From: Octopus vulgaris
Taxonomy: Eukaryota
Reading direction: 5' to 3'
Assembly (NCBI GenBank): GCA_951406725.2
Contig: OX597814.1
Coordinates: 30,938,001-31,002,000, forward strand
Length of the DNA: 64,000 nt
Part shown: piece after piece, positions 27,003 through 38,395 of the stretch
Layout: every line of letters begins with the position of its first letter
Position numbering within the stretch: position 1 is the stretch's first letter
Position numbers and translations under genes: made by a program
The notes under the pieces: generated by a model
The model's database searches: none
Told to the model about the DNA's origin: nothing
Seen by the model: the letters and a program-made list of their open reading frames with translations, nothing else

Positions 27003-27248
27003 GGATGCCGCAGTATCCATTCTCCTACCCTTAAACCCCTCCCCTAAATGGAACCTTATGTGCCTCCATAGCAATTAATTATATTGGTTTTACTTGCAAC
27101 TAACGTTCTATGCCATATTTTTCGCTTGTTTAACTTAATCTCATTCTGGATCTAATTTCATTCAGAATACGACAACTTCAATTTATTAGATACTACCTAT
27201 TAGATTTACTCATTTCACCCCGCCCCACCTGTATAACAAAATTTAACA

Positions 27249-27655
27249 AGGAGTGGCTGTTTGGTAAGTAGCTTGTTTACCAGCCACATGGTTCCGGGTT
27301 CAGTCCCACTGCGTGGCACCTTGGGCGAGTGTCTTCTACTATAGCATCGGGCCGACCAAAGCCTTGTGAGTGGATTTGGTAGACAGAAACTGAAAGAAGC
27401 CCGTCGTATATATGTATATATATACATGCGTGTGTGTGTTTGTGTGAATGTGTTTGTCCCCCTAGCATTGCTTGACAACCGATGCTGGTGTGTTTATGTC
27501 CCCGTTACTTAGCGGTTCGGCAAAAGAGACCGATAGAATAAGTACTGGGCTTACGAAGAAGAATAAGTCCCGAGGTCGAGTTGCTCGATTAAAGACGGTG
27601 CTCCAGCATGGCCGCAGTCAAATGACTGAAACAAGTAAAAGAGTAAAAAGAGTAA
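27249..27655 (+). mobile_element. SINE family B
   Basis: Reverse complement of 23583-23995, ending in (gagtaaaa)n. Confidence 0.9.
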
Positions 27656-27945
27656 ATCTTTAATATTAATTTGACACCTCTTTTAGTTTGTATTTGCTTG
27701 TACTGTGTATTGCAGTTAGCGCATTTCTATATTTGCAACTGTGGAAGCCCCTATATGTATGCACCCAAGTATGGGGTGATAATGATAATGTTAGTAATAA
27801 AAATATAACAATGTATGTTAAGTATGATTGACCAAACTGTAGCATGAGCCAGATTCTGTAACAATAATAATAACTAGCAAGTAATTAAATTTTTGTCATT
27901 TAATTAATTTAGGGATTTGTACTTATACTTACTTATATGACCAGT

Positions 27946-28330
27946 GGAGGCGCAATGGCCCAGTGGTTAGGGCAGCGGACTTGCGGTCATAGGATCGCGG
28001 TTTCGATTCCCAGACCGGGCGTTGTGAGTGTTTATTGAGCGAAAACACCTAAAGCTCCACGAAGCTCCGGCAGGGGATGGTGGTGATTCCTGCTGTACTC
28101 TTTCACCACAACTTTCTCTTACTTCCTGTTTCTGTTGTACCTGTATTTCAAATGGCCGGGCTTGTCACTCTCTGTGTCATGCTGAATATCCCCGAGAACT
28201 ACGTTAAGGGTACACTTGTCTGTGGAGTGCTCAGCCACTTACACGTTAATTTCATGAGCAGGCTGTTCCGTTGATTCGGATCAACCGGAACCCTCGTCGT
28301 CGTAACCGACGGAGTGCTTCCATCCATCCA
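27946..28330 (+). mobile_element. SINE family A with a 64-bp flanking duplication
   Basis: Full length with a (catc)n tail. Identical 64-bp flanks at 27880-27943 and 28338-28401. Confidence 0.92.
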
Positions 28331-28735
28331 ATTAGCTAGTAATTAAATTTTTGTCATTTAATTAATTTAGGGATTTGTACTTATACTTACTTATATGACC
28401 ACTAATCTGAATGTATTTCGTAATGTTTAGCAAATTACTTTTTGATTGTCTAGTCAGCTCACTGCTTAGGTATTATGGATGTTAGTTCAGAAGTTAGACT
28501 TTGTATTATAATTCTCCTAATTTGGGTCACTTCCCTAGTCATTACTTCCCCTTAATCGTAGTTTTCACCTTTATCACCCTCCCTATTTCTTTTTCTACTA
28601 ATTAATTCGTTTCTTTGTCTACTAATTTCACACTCCTATTTTATAAAGCTTTTGGTCCATTTCTCCACCCCATCCACCTTAATTCATAATTGTCCAAATA
28701 GATAACTTTCTAGGTTTTAATGATACTGTTGGCAT

Positions 28736-28878
28736 GAGGTCGACTTTGCCTTTCATCCTTTCGGGGTCGATAAATTGAGTACCAGTTACGCACTGGTGTC
28801 GATGTAATCGACTCAATCCGTTAGTCTGTCCTTGTTTATCCCCTCTATGTTCAGCCCTTTGTGGGTAATAAAGAAACA
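28736..28878 (+). mobile_element. 5'-truncated SINE family C
   Basis: Starts at gaggtcgactttgcc. TSD gatactgttggcat at 28722-28735 and 28879-28892. Confidence 0.85.
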
Positions 28879-29751
28879 GATACTGTTGGCATTGTTCATT
28901 TCTTCACATTGTATTTGTTTACCTAGTTGTTTTTAATATACAATGTCCTAAGCGGTTTTGGGCCACTTACAAAATACACTACGTTTCCATACTTTTGTTA
29001 TTTATTTATTTATGTATTTATTTATTTATACGAACACGTATAACGGTCTTAATAGCTTGCCATTTGTTTTTAAATTTAACTGACCAATTATATCAAACGC
29101 TGAACATTGGTCCATCCCATTACGGGTAATTAGTGGTTGAACTTTACAACATACCAGTAAGTAAATAATTGAAATTAATTGTTGGGCACTTTAATATGAT
29201 ACACTAGTAATTAGTACTATAAACGTAATTATTAAGAAATATTATGATTAGAAAATGATATGGCACTCTAACTCCTCATTGTCTAAACCTATTGGGGTAC
29301 CCTGCTACTGTAAATTTTATTTTTAATTTTTTACTATTTATCCACCCATAGAAATTTACCCACCAATTACTGTTTTAAATTTAGTCATTTACTCAACGAT
29401 CCGAGGCGATACATAAGCAAAATGGTATGATTTAAATATTATTATGCCTTTCATCTTCCTCTCGAGGCTCTTCTTCGTTACTTTTCATTTATGCATGTAT
29501 TTTTCTTCCCTCTGATGAAGCTCTGTTTTCCAGATCGGATGATGTAGTACCAATTATGATGTATATTAGTTTTAGAATTTTCAGTGGCAACACTATATAA
29601 CATTGGAAGCAGAAACAGCTTTTAGATAGGATACAGTCTATTTGTATGAAATTCATAATAATTGATGTGAGACAACTGTTGTTGATCAATAATTATCATT
29701 TTCTGCTTACATTTATATGTATAAATATATATATATATATGTGTGTGTGTG

Positions 29752-29802
<51 letters not shown>

Positions 29803-30035
29803 TTAATCAAATACTTTTTTCCCACTAGGCCGCTGGTGGCAAATAATTTCTGCTGAATTTTTTGCCACCCTATATTGATTAATTATGAATTTTCTGTTTA
29901 ATTCCGAAATGGAATCGGCAGCTTATATTTGCTGCCGATAAATTTGGCGCGAGTACGATGATTTGAAAATTTTAGGTCAGATATAGCCGAGACAGTAGTG
30001 GTGCTGCCTCGTGAAAATATCTGTCCCGTCTGGCT

Positions 30036-30140
30036 TACTTTACTGATGAATCTATAGGCCTATGGAAGATTAGCTTGATTTAATTTAATCAGGTTGATTT
30101 GCCATTAAAAAATAGACGAAACGATGCATTGTATAAAGTA
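30036..30140 (+). ncRNA. Type I hammerhead ribozyme (intact core, long helix II)
   Basis: tacttta-CTGATGA-atctat...atagac-GAAAC-gatgcatt-G-TA-taaagta. Perfect 7-bp stem I and a long internal hairpin in helix II. Confidence 0.85.
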
Positions 30141-30399
30141 TTACAGGGTAAATGTTTTTAAAATTTTCTCCTGGTTTACGGAATTAATATTGTTTTGCGG
30201 TTGAAGCCTTGGCTGCTATTTCTAGTGGGTTGAACGGCCTATTATGGCCGTTCCTTAATTTTGCTGCTGCTATATATGTATATATGTATATAAAGTTAAT
30301 CCAAACAAGAAAACACAGAAAAAAAGAGAAAAAAACACAGCAACGCAGGACGTGGAACAATTAAAGTATTATTGACGCTCAGGAAAGAAGGGAAGGAGG

Positions 30400-30434
30400 G
30401 TTTAACGTTTCGAGCGGAGCTTTTCGTCGGAAAC
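30400..30434 (-). ncRNA. Variant minimal hammerhead (CCGACGA core)
   Basis: Minus strand: gttt-CCGACGA-aaagctccgctc-GAAACGTT-aaac. Confidence 0.5.
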
Positions 30435-30554
30435 AAGGAGAAGGAAAGATCCCAAGAAGGGAAGACAGAGGAAAAAATATTTGAGCTGGTGGTGCTCAAG
30501 AGATCACATGTTGAAAGAACAGAAGTTGAGAGGTAGTCGAATCATGGTTTTTAA

Positions 30555-30698
30555 ATGTATATATGTATATATGTATACATATATATGTATATATGTATGT
30601 ATGTATATATATGTATATATATATATATGTATATATATATGTATATATATATATACATATATATATACATATATATATATATATACATATATATATAC

Positions 30699-30739
<41 letters not shown>

Positions 30740-30771
30740 CATACATATATATATATATATATACATACATA

Positions 30772-30805
<34 letters not shown>

Positions 30806-30840
30806 CATACATATATATATATATACATATATATATATAC

Positions 30841-30891
<51 letters not shown>

Positions 30892-30902
30892 TATATACAT
30901 AC

Positions 30903-30965
<63 letters not shown>

Positions 30966-30990
30966 CATATATATGTATACATATATATAA
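30555..30990. repeat. Compound (TA)n/(TACA) microsatellite
   Basis: Directly visible. Similar tracts at 32115-32298, 33413-33690, 49350-49590, 51838-52000, 53160-53268, 58690-58990, 59350-59870 and 60810-60960. Confidence 0.95.
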
Positions 30991-31087
30991 CGGGAAGCTT
31001 TATGAAAATAGACAAAAGACGAAGGCAGGTGGAAAACAAACAAACAATTGTATTAGTATGGCGCTCAGGAAATATAAATAAAACAAG

Positions 31088-31125
31088 TCTTTAACATTTC
31101 GAGCCTACGCTCTTCAACAGAAAGA
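31088..31125 (-). ncRNA. Variant minimal hammerhead (CTGTTGA core)
   Basis: Minus strand: tcttt-CTGTTGA-agagcgtaggctc-GAAATGTT-aaaga. Confidence 0.45.
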
Positions 31126-31281
31126 TACACAGAGAGAAAAAAAACACAGAAAGAAGGAGAGAAAAAAATGCGTGCAGTAGCTAACGAATCAACATGGCGA
31201 TCTGATTTCGGCCAGAAGTCAAAGATCAAACATGAGACGCGAGAGCGAAATAAGGGGAGATAATAGGGTTGACTGACCACC

Positions 31282-31620
31282 TATTAGTGCGTAGGAGGGG
31301 TCTGGACGTGTGTATGTATAGGGTTGGTGTATGTATTAGTATGTATTAGTATGTATAAGGGTGTGTGTGTGTGTGTGTGTGTGTATGAGAGAGTATTAGT
31401 GCGTAGGATAGGTCTGGACAGGCGTATGTATGGGGTTGGTGTATGTATTAGTATGTATTAGTACGTATTAGTATGTATAAGTGTGTGTGTGTGTGTATGA
31501 GAGAGTATAAGTGCGTATGGGGGGTCTGGACGTGTGTATGTATAGGGTTGGTGTATGTATTAGTATGTATTAGTATGTATTAGTACGTATTAGTATGTAT
31601 TAGTTGCTGTATGTATTAGT
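31282..31620. repeat. Minisatellite, three units of ~112 bp
   Basis: tattagtgcgtaggaggggtctggacgtgtgtatgtatagggttggtgtatgtattag... recurs at ~31282, 31395 and 31506. Confidence 0.85.
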
Positions 31621-32160
31621 ATGGTACATCATATATGATGTGATGTGTAAAGTCGTGTGGTGTAATGAGGAGAAGAGGGGGAGGGGGGAAGAGGAGAGGA
31701 GGGGGAGAAGGAAGGGGAGGAGGAGGGGGGAGGAAGGAGGAGGAGGAGGGGGGAGGAAGGAGGAAAGAGGGGGAGGGGGAGAGAGAAGGGGAGTGAGGGA
31801 GCAGAGGGAAGGGGAAGAGGGGAGGGAGGGAGAAAGAGGGAAGAAGGGAAGGGGAGTAGGGGTGAAAGGATGAAGGACTGAAGAAGTAGGGGTCGGGGGG
31901 AAGGATAGGTGAGGGGGAGGGGGTTAGATGAGGAGGGGGGGGAGAGTTGAGACCAATTGGCGTATAAGAGCGAAGAGAGAAGATTAATTCCTGTTCACGG
32001 CGCAAACGGGAATCCGGATGGCCTCTGTGTAGGGACAAACCGAACACAGATAGGTGTTGCAAGGAGTGACCGGTGGAGCGGAAATGGCGTGAGACCGGTG
32101 TGTCGTTCGCAAGTATACATATATATATATACATATATATATATACATATATATATATAC

Positions 32161-32191
<31 letters not shown>

Positions 32192-32200
32192 CATATATAT

Positions 32201-32277
<77 letters not shown>

Positions 32278-32907
32278 CATATATATATATATATATAATT
32301 TTACTTTCAATAAAATGAAATACTGAAACCACGCCTTGAATCTAATAACCAAACACTTTTGATTCTGCAGTATTTGAATAGGTTATATAAATAATTAAAT
32401 TAATAAATTAATTAAACATTTCTAAAAATTATATTATAACGAATTATATATATATATTCCTCAACATAGATTGAAGATTATAATAGAAGATTATTTAAAT
32501 TAAACTATGTTTAGTGGAATTACCTACCTTGGTACTAATCACCAATAAATTCCATTAGCGCTCTGCTATCTTCTCTTCCTCTAATCGCCATTTTGAAAGA
32601 TATCTTGGTTCCACCAAAGGAGGATATGCATCTGCATTTTTTGTGTTATTTTTCACATTTAATCATAGACATTTTTATTCTGATGTATATTTTATATCTT
32701 ATATTTTGTATTTCACATTATATACTTGAATTTATAAGTTGGATATATGCATACTAATTCATCTTTATAATGTATGATTTCTAATTCTTAATTTTTAATT
32801 CTTAAATTTATAAAGTATAATATTTAATTTTTAATGTTTAATTTAATGTTTAAATTAACACTTAATTTTAAGGTGAAGTAAAATTAGATTAACAATATTT
32901 TGAAAAA

Positions 32908-33011
32908 GAACCTGATGATGTGTTGGTAGCATTGTAAATATGATGATTGCATATATATATTTATATATGTATATATATTATAATCTCTCAGTACTGAAAC
33001 ACGTGTATTTC
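32908..33011 (+). ncRNA. Type I hammerhead ribozyme, partly degenerate
   Basis: gaac-CTGATGA-tgtgttgg...tcagtact-GAAAC-acgt-G-TA-tttc, with a palindromic helix III. Confidence 0.6.
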
Positions 33012-33409
33012 CTTCATAATTGATAATTTTAATTTTAACTTAAGTAGGAAATAATAAAGGAAGTATATATTATATGCTGCTGGTATACTGGTTATATCCT
33101 TCAAGGTAATATTTCGTGATGTGCAAATAGTTACCAAGAGTTTACCTTCAGATATACTCATTAGGTGATTTATTTTTTGTATTATCTAAAGTAGAATACC
33201 CGCATATCCATTAATCCCCCAAACTGAATTATTATTGATTTCTATCATATATTATTTCGATTATATATTATTATATATTTGCATATTTCTAGATAAATAT
33301 ATAAATATATGATAATCAAGACCCCACTGTACGATATGCAGTTGCATCTAAGGCTAAAGGGTTGTACGTGATGATTGATTTGGAAATTCGTTTTCCCAAA
33401 TTATTTAAA

Positions 33410-33480
<71 letters not shown>

Positions 33481-34107
33481 GTATATATTTAAATGTATAT
33501 ATATGTATATCTACACATATGTAATTATATACATATATGCATATATATCCATATATATATACATATATTTATATACATATATGCATATCTATATTTACAC
33601 ACACATATATATATATACATATATATGCATATATACATATATATATATATGCATATATAAATGTATATATATATATATGTATATATATATGTCCTTTGTC
33701 TCTCTCTCTACATCTACCTCTACTCCTCTCATATCACCGTCTCCCTCATTTACTTCCCATTTTCCCTTCTCTTCTTACTCCGTCTCTCCTTTCCTTCACA
33801 TTCTTCATTGTCTCCTCTCTCTCCCTCACTCTGTCTCTCTTTCTCCCCTATTTCTCTCCCCCTCTATCGCGCTATCGTTCCATACCCCTTTCTCTTTCTT
33901 CATATTACCCTCTCCTACACATATATATACATATATATATACAAATATTTTCATAATTACATACATAATTATAACAAGGGATTGGCTATATGCCTCTCCA
34001 CGTGCTGGAAAAATAGACGCCAAAAGACACTATCACCACCTTAAAATCTCCGAGAATAACACACTGGGTTGTAGGCGAGCAAAACAAAGATAATGAATCA
34101 AAATTTT

Positions 34108-34170
34108 GTTTACAAGATCCTGTTTCAAACTTAAAGTAAAGACATATTATCTACTGCTCTCATCAGCAAC
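34108..34170 (-). ncRNA. Type I hammerhead ribozyme, partly duplicated by the inverted repeat at 34152-34241
   Basis: Minus strand: gttg-CTGATGA-gagcagtag...tttactttaagttt-GAAAC-aggatctt-G-TA-aac. Confidence 0.6.
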
Positions 34171-34243
34171 GATATTCCATAGCATAAATTTACGAGTATC
34201 TATATTTCTGCCATGGAATATCGTTGCTGATGAGAGTAGTACG

Positions 34244-34293
<50 letters not shown>

Positions 34294-34419
34294 TCAGTAA
34301 AATTTAGATTCAGTTGAATATGGTACTTATAGGTACCATATAGGCACCAGAATTTACTATGGTATTATCCATATAATTCAAAATGGGGTGATTATAATCA
34401 AAATAAGCAACAAGGATAT

Positions 34420-34466
<47 letters not shown>

Positions 34467-34496
34467 AATATATATAAATATGTATAAATACATAGA

Positions 34497-34642
34497 AGCG
34501 CAGGCGTGGCTGTGTAGTATGAAGCTTCTCCCCAACCACATGGTTCCGGGTTTGGTTCGGGCACCTTCAGCAAGTGTCTTATACTATAGCTTCGGCCCGA
34601 CAAAAACCTAATGAGTAGATGTGGTAGATGGAAACTGAAAGA
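34497..34642 (+). mobile_element. SINE family B head (a matching tail lies at ~36155-36285)
   Basis: gcgcaggcgtggctgtgtag...ggtagatggaaactgaaagaa. Confidence 0.75.
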
Positions 34643-34649
34643 AATGTGT

Positions 34650-35047
34650 TAGTCACATTAATGACAATTATAATTCTTCCTTTTGTTGAAACGTTGCAAC
34701 TGCTGCTTATATCAATTTTGTGTATACACATTAGTGACTTACTAAATCATCCATTAACTTGAATGAGGTAAACGTATATGCTAACGGAGAAACAGGTCCG
34801 GAAACTTCCGAACACTGACCTGGCTTAACTGATGAGGCAAAGGAAATTACTGAAAGTTATGTCAGTGTTAAGAAATCTCGGTTGACATTTTTCGGACAAT
34901 TATGTTCCCTGTTAGTGTATGCGTTTTCATTCATTTGCAGTGTAGCTCTTATTCCTAGCAATGTAGGTGTTTATCAACACACTAATCACATTTAATGATA
35001 ATTATTATAATTCATTTTTCTGGTGAAACATTGCAACAATACTGTAT

Positions 35048-35060
<13 letters not shown>
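34650..35060 (+). mobile_element. Small rod-folding element with terminal direct repeats and a central hammerhead core
   Basis: Diverged direct repeats at ~34654-34720 and ~34987-35058, complementary arms at 34760-34825 and 34855-34933, CTGATGA at 34829 and GAAA at 34852. Confidence 0.55.
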
Positions 35061-35117
<57 letters not shown>

Positions 35118-35120
<3 letters not shown>

Positions 35121-35902
35121 TAAGCAATTAAGGGTTTAGCAACGAATTGCCTTACCGCACACCGAATTTAGAAATAGCAGTCAAAGAGATTATAGCTATT
35201 TCTTCTACTAAAAGGGAGATCTCAGTAAAAACACAGCATTTGAAAGGCAAACACAAACAGGTAAGAGAGAATGAATTAACGGCAATCTATCATACAGTTT
35301 TAAGTCACCTACGGACGTACGTTTCGAGATCAAGTCTTAGGAAAGCATAAGAATTAGATAATTCTACCTTACCCATACTTCTTCTCTCATCAGCGCAGGA
35401 TACAAACAATCATGAATGATTGTATATTGAATTTTGAGATACTAGAGGGCACCAACTCAACTCAGTATCAGAGCGAGCTAGAAGCCACAGCTAGTATCAC
35501 CAAATTCAAAGTGTGAATGAAAGTTTGTGTCACCAGTCCCTTCCCACCCGCGTGTAGCCAAGACAAAGTGCTGTGGTCATTTACTGGGATGAATATGGTT
35601 ATCAGTAACAATGAAGGGTGAAATTAATTAATTTGGAATAATTATCAATTACACCAAGTAGTCTTCGGCATGTAAAAGCCTCATTCGAGGAAAATTTAAG
35701 TAATACTAAGCAATTAAGGGTTTAGCAACGAATTGCCTTACCGCACACCGAATTTAGAAATAGCAGTCAAAGAGATTATAGCTATTTCTTCTACTTAAAA
35801 GGAGATCTCAGTAAAAACACAGCATTTGAAAGGCAAACACAAACAGGTAAGAGAGAATGAATTAACGGCAATCTATCATACAGTTTTAAGTCACCTACGG
35901 AC
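35118..35902 (-). mobile_element. Non-coding partial tandem element (586-bp unit, ~1.3 copies) carrying a hammerhead; retrozyme/pLTR-like
   Basis: Near-identical ~199-bp direct repeats at 35118-35316 and 35704-35902, with the hammerhead at 35308-35399. Confidence 0.8.
35308..35399 (-). ncRNA. Type I hammerhead ribozyme (intact core)
   Basis: Minus strand: cctgcg-CTGATGA-gaga...tctc-GAAAC-gtac-G-TC-cgtagg, with a GUC triplet. Confidence 0.9.
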
Positions 35903-36099
35903 ATAAGAAAGAAAGAAATGGAGTTAAACGCAGGTGTTATTTAAATCTTTATTTATCTTTTATTCAAAAACATTTCACGAAACCCTGGAATTTCTACCTT
36001 CATAAGCAGGCTGTAACATTCTTGGTACTTTTATGCATCTTTTGCTACCTTGTTAACTATTTATTTTTTCCGTCTTATTTGTACACATTGAAAAAATAC

Positions 36100-36155
<56 letters not shown>

Positions 36156-36653
36156 CTGTGTGTGTCTGTCCTTGACAACCCACGTTGGTGAGTTTTTGTT
36201 CCCGTATATTAGCTGTTCGGCAAAAGCCCTTTAAGGTGGTGCTCCAGCATGACTACAGTGAAATGACTGAAACGTGTAAGAGAGTACGCATAGACACACA
36301 CATGCGCTCACACACACACATATATTGATAGATGAGCGTACTTTTGTGTGTATGTAAAGACAAAATGAGTAGAGTAAATTTGCCGCGGAGTGTGGAAATC
36401 CGACGTTTTAGACAGTCCCTACTCCAGGGAAAAAGTTGACACGTAGGAAATATGAGACATAACAGAATTTTCTATAATTTAAGTTAGAAATACTAGCTGC
36501 TGCTTCTCCATCTCAAATTTTCTCATATATTATTTCGCCCGAAATGTTGGATTTTTCAACCCACTTCACAGCAAGTTCACTGTACTCTTTCTACCGAATT
36601 TAGTAAACAACACGTCTTGTCGATGCAGATCAAGAAAATCTGTTTGTAGTCAG

Positions 36654-36688
<35 letters not shown>

Positions 36689-36689
36689 T

Positions 36690-36961
36690 TCACCGTGACT
36701 GACCAGTCTATCAGATGTTGCTACACATCGCTGGTCACAATGTACTTCGCATTGTTTTAGCCTTCAAATAACGCCACCCCGCTGGCCAAGCGAGCAGGCC
36801 AACAGAAGAACGAGTGAGAGAAAGTTGTGGCTACCATCCCCCGCCGGAGCCTCGTGGAGCTTTAGGTGTTTTCGCTCAATAAACACTCACAACGCCTGGT
36901 CTAGTAATCGAAACCGTGATCCTACACCCTCGAGTCCGATGTTCTAACCACTAGACCATTG

Positions 36962-36965
<4 letters not shown>
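36690..36965 (-). mobile_element. SINE family A with tail A2
   Basis: Head as in family A, tail as at 16133. Confidence 0.85.
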
Positions 36966-36993
<28 letters not shown>

Positions 36994-37369
36994 TATGTAT
37001 ATATATATATATGCACATATGTAAGTGTGTGTGTATATGTGTGTATGTGTATTAAATCGGCTGGCACAAACAAGATAGATAACTAGTTTTGTCCATCGAT
37101 TTTAGAAGTGCTGTGCTGTCTAATGATATATAGTTATTAGTAAAGACAACAAAAACTACAAGTGATAATGTAGAGCAGCATTAATATTTCTCTTATGAAT
37201 AAAGAAATCGATGTCCTGGGCGTATTTAGGATAATTTGGCGTCAGCTGTTTGGTTTTTGTATTATCACTGACAGTCATTTTCTCTCTGAAGTTGTGTTTG
37301 TATTTGAGTGTCATATTGAAATTTTTTTGCACTATATGTGTTAGTGTGTGTGTGTTTGTGTCTGTGCGT

Positions 37370-37432
<63 letters not shown>

Positions 37433-37996
37433 TGTGTGTGTTTGAGAAAGAAAAAGTACAAGAGAGATGGATGATACTGAGTGACAGAAATCGGGAGTCA
37501 AAACGGAGAATGCTTGATTAAGCTGTATTTTACACCTGAATGTAGAAGAAAGCAGCCTGGCGCCCGAGAGATATCAAAGTACAAGAGGGATTTAAAAAAA
37601 ATTTATTTCGTTTTCTGGCTGTAAGTATGCGACGATATTTTAGGTGCTGTGTGCCCTCTCCGTTTCAGCTCGATCGAAGATTGCATCCCCATCAGAGAGA
37701 GGCAGTGCATTAAAGGGAGTTTGAAAGACGCTGAATCTCAATTTTGTGCTCTCTGTTGAAGAGAGCTGCCGTCTTAAACCAGCGGATGTTCGTTTCGGGC
37801 TGGTCCCATCGGCTATCTTTAACGTTATTCTTCTACGGGAAAGGTAAAATGGTGTGAGACCAGTTCGTCACACTTAAATGTTATGGAAGCTTCTCCGCTT
37901 CATTCTCAATAGGGAATCTGATCGCTACTGCGCCGTATCCCCCCCCCCTAGCGACGTACATTTTGGTGACTCAGGTCCGCCCGAAAAGTCTTTTAT

Positions 37997-38395
37997 TATT
38001 TCTTTATTTCCCACAAGGGGCTAAACATAGAGGAGACGAAGAGATTAAATCGATTTCTTCGACCTCAGTGCGTAAATGGTACATAATTTATCGACCCCGA
38101 AAGGATGAAAGGCAAAGTCGACCTCGACGGAATTTGAACTCAGAACGTAACAGCAGACGAAATACCTATTTCTTTACTATCCACAAAGGGCTAAACACAG
38201 AAAGATCAAACAAGGACAGACAAAGGTATTAAGTCGATTACATCGACCCCAGTGCGTAACTGGTACTTAATTTATCGACCCCGAAAGGATGAAAGGCAAA
38301 GTCGACCGCGGCGGAATTTGAACTCAGAACGTAGCGGCAAACGAAATACAGCTACACATTTCGCCCGGCGTGCTAACGTTTCTGCCAGCTTGCCA
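37997..38395 (-). mobile_element. SINE family C, internally duplicated
   Basis: Reverse complement of 22465-22875, including the duplicated body. Confidence 0.85.

Larger units (their letters stand above)
30990..32112 (-). mobile_element. Penelope-like element 3' fragment: GIY-YIG tail, polypyrimidine tract, minisatellite, terminal hammerhead variant
   Basis: Minus strand 32112-31945 reads [27 protein letters not shown]...[21 protein letters not shown] (PLE GIY-YIG C-terminus). Hammerhead variant at 31088-31125. Bounded by (TA)n on both sides. Confidence 0.8.

Noticed and set aside
27946-28020. tRNA-like sequences at SINE 5' ends
   Set aside because: They continue into SINE bodies with TSDs and lack a proper acceptor stem, so they are not tRNA genes.
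29509-29625. CTGATGA-agctctgttttcca...tggaagca-GAAACAGCT
   Set aside because: Probably a decayed hammerhead, but the cleavage triplet and stem I partner are missing, so it was not called.
30481-31094. Long YI/IY/CV/HT-repeat ORFs (also 706-1104, 33362-34093, 58603-60041, 60511-61015)
   Set aside because: Translations of (TA)n, (CA)n and (TACA)n microsatellites that lack stop codons; not genes.
31282-31620. Regularly spaced repeats resembling a CRISPR array
   Set aside because: Eukaryotic context, no unique spacers and no cas genes; it is a minisatellite.
37500-37980. GC-richer unique-looking segment
   Set aside because: The frames I read were interrupted by stops, and no motif or convincing splice pair was recognised; possibly an old TE fragment.
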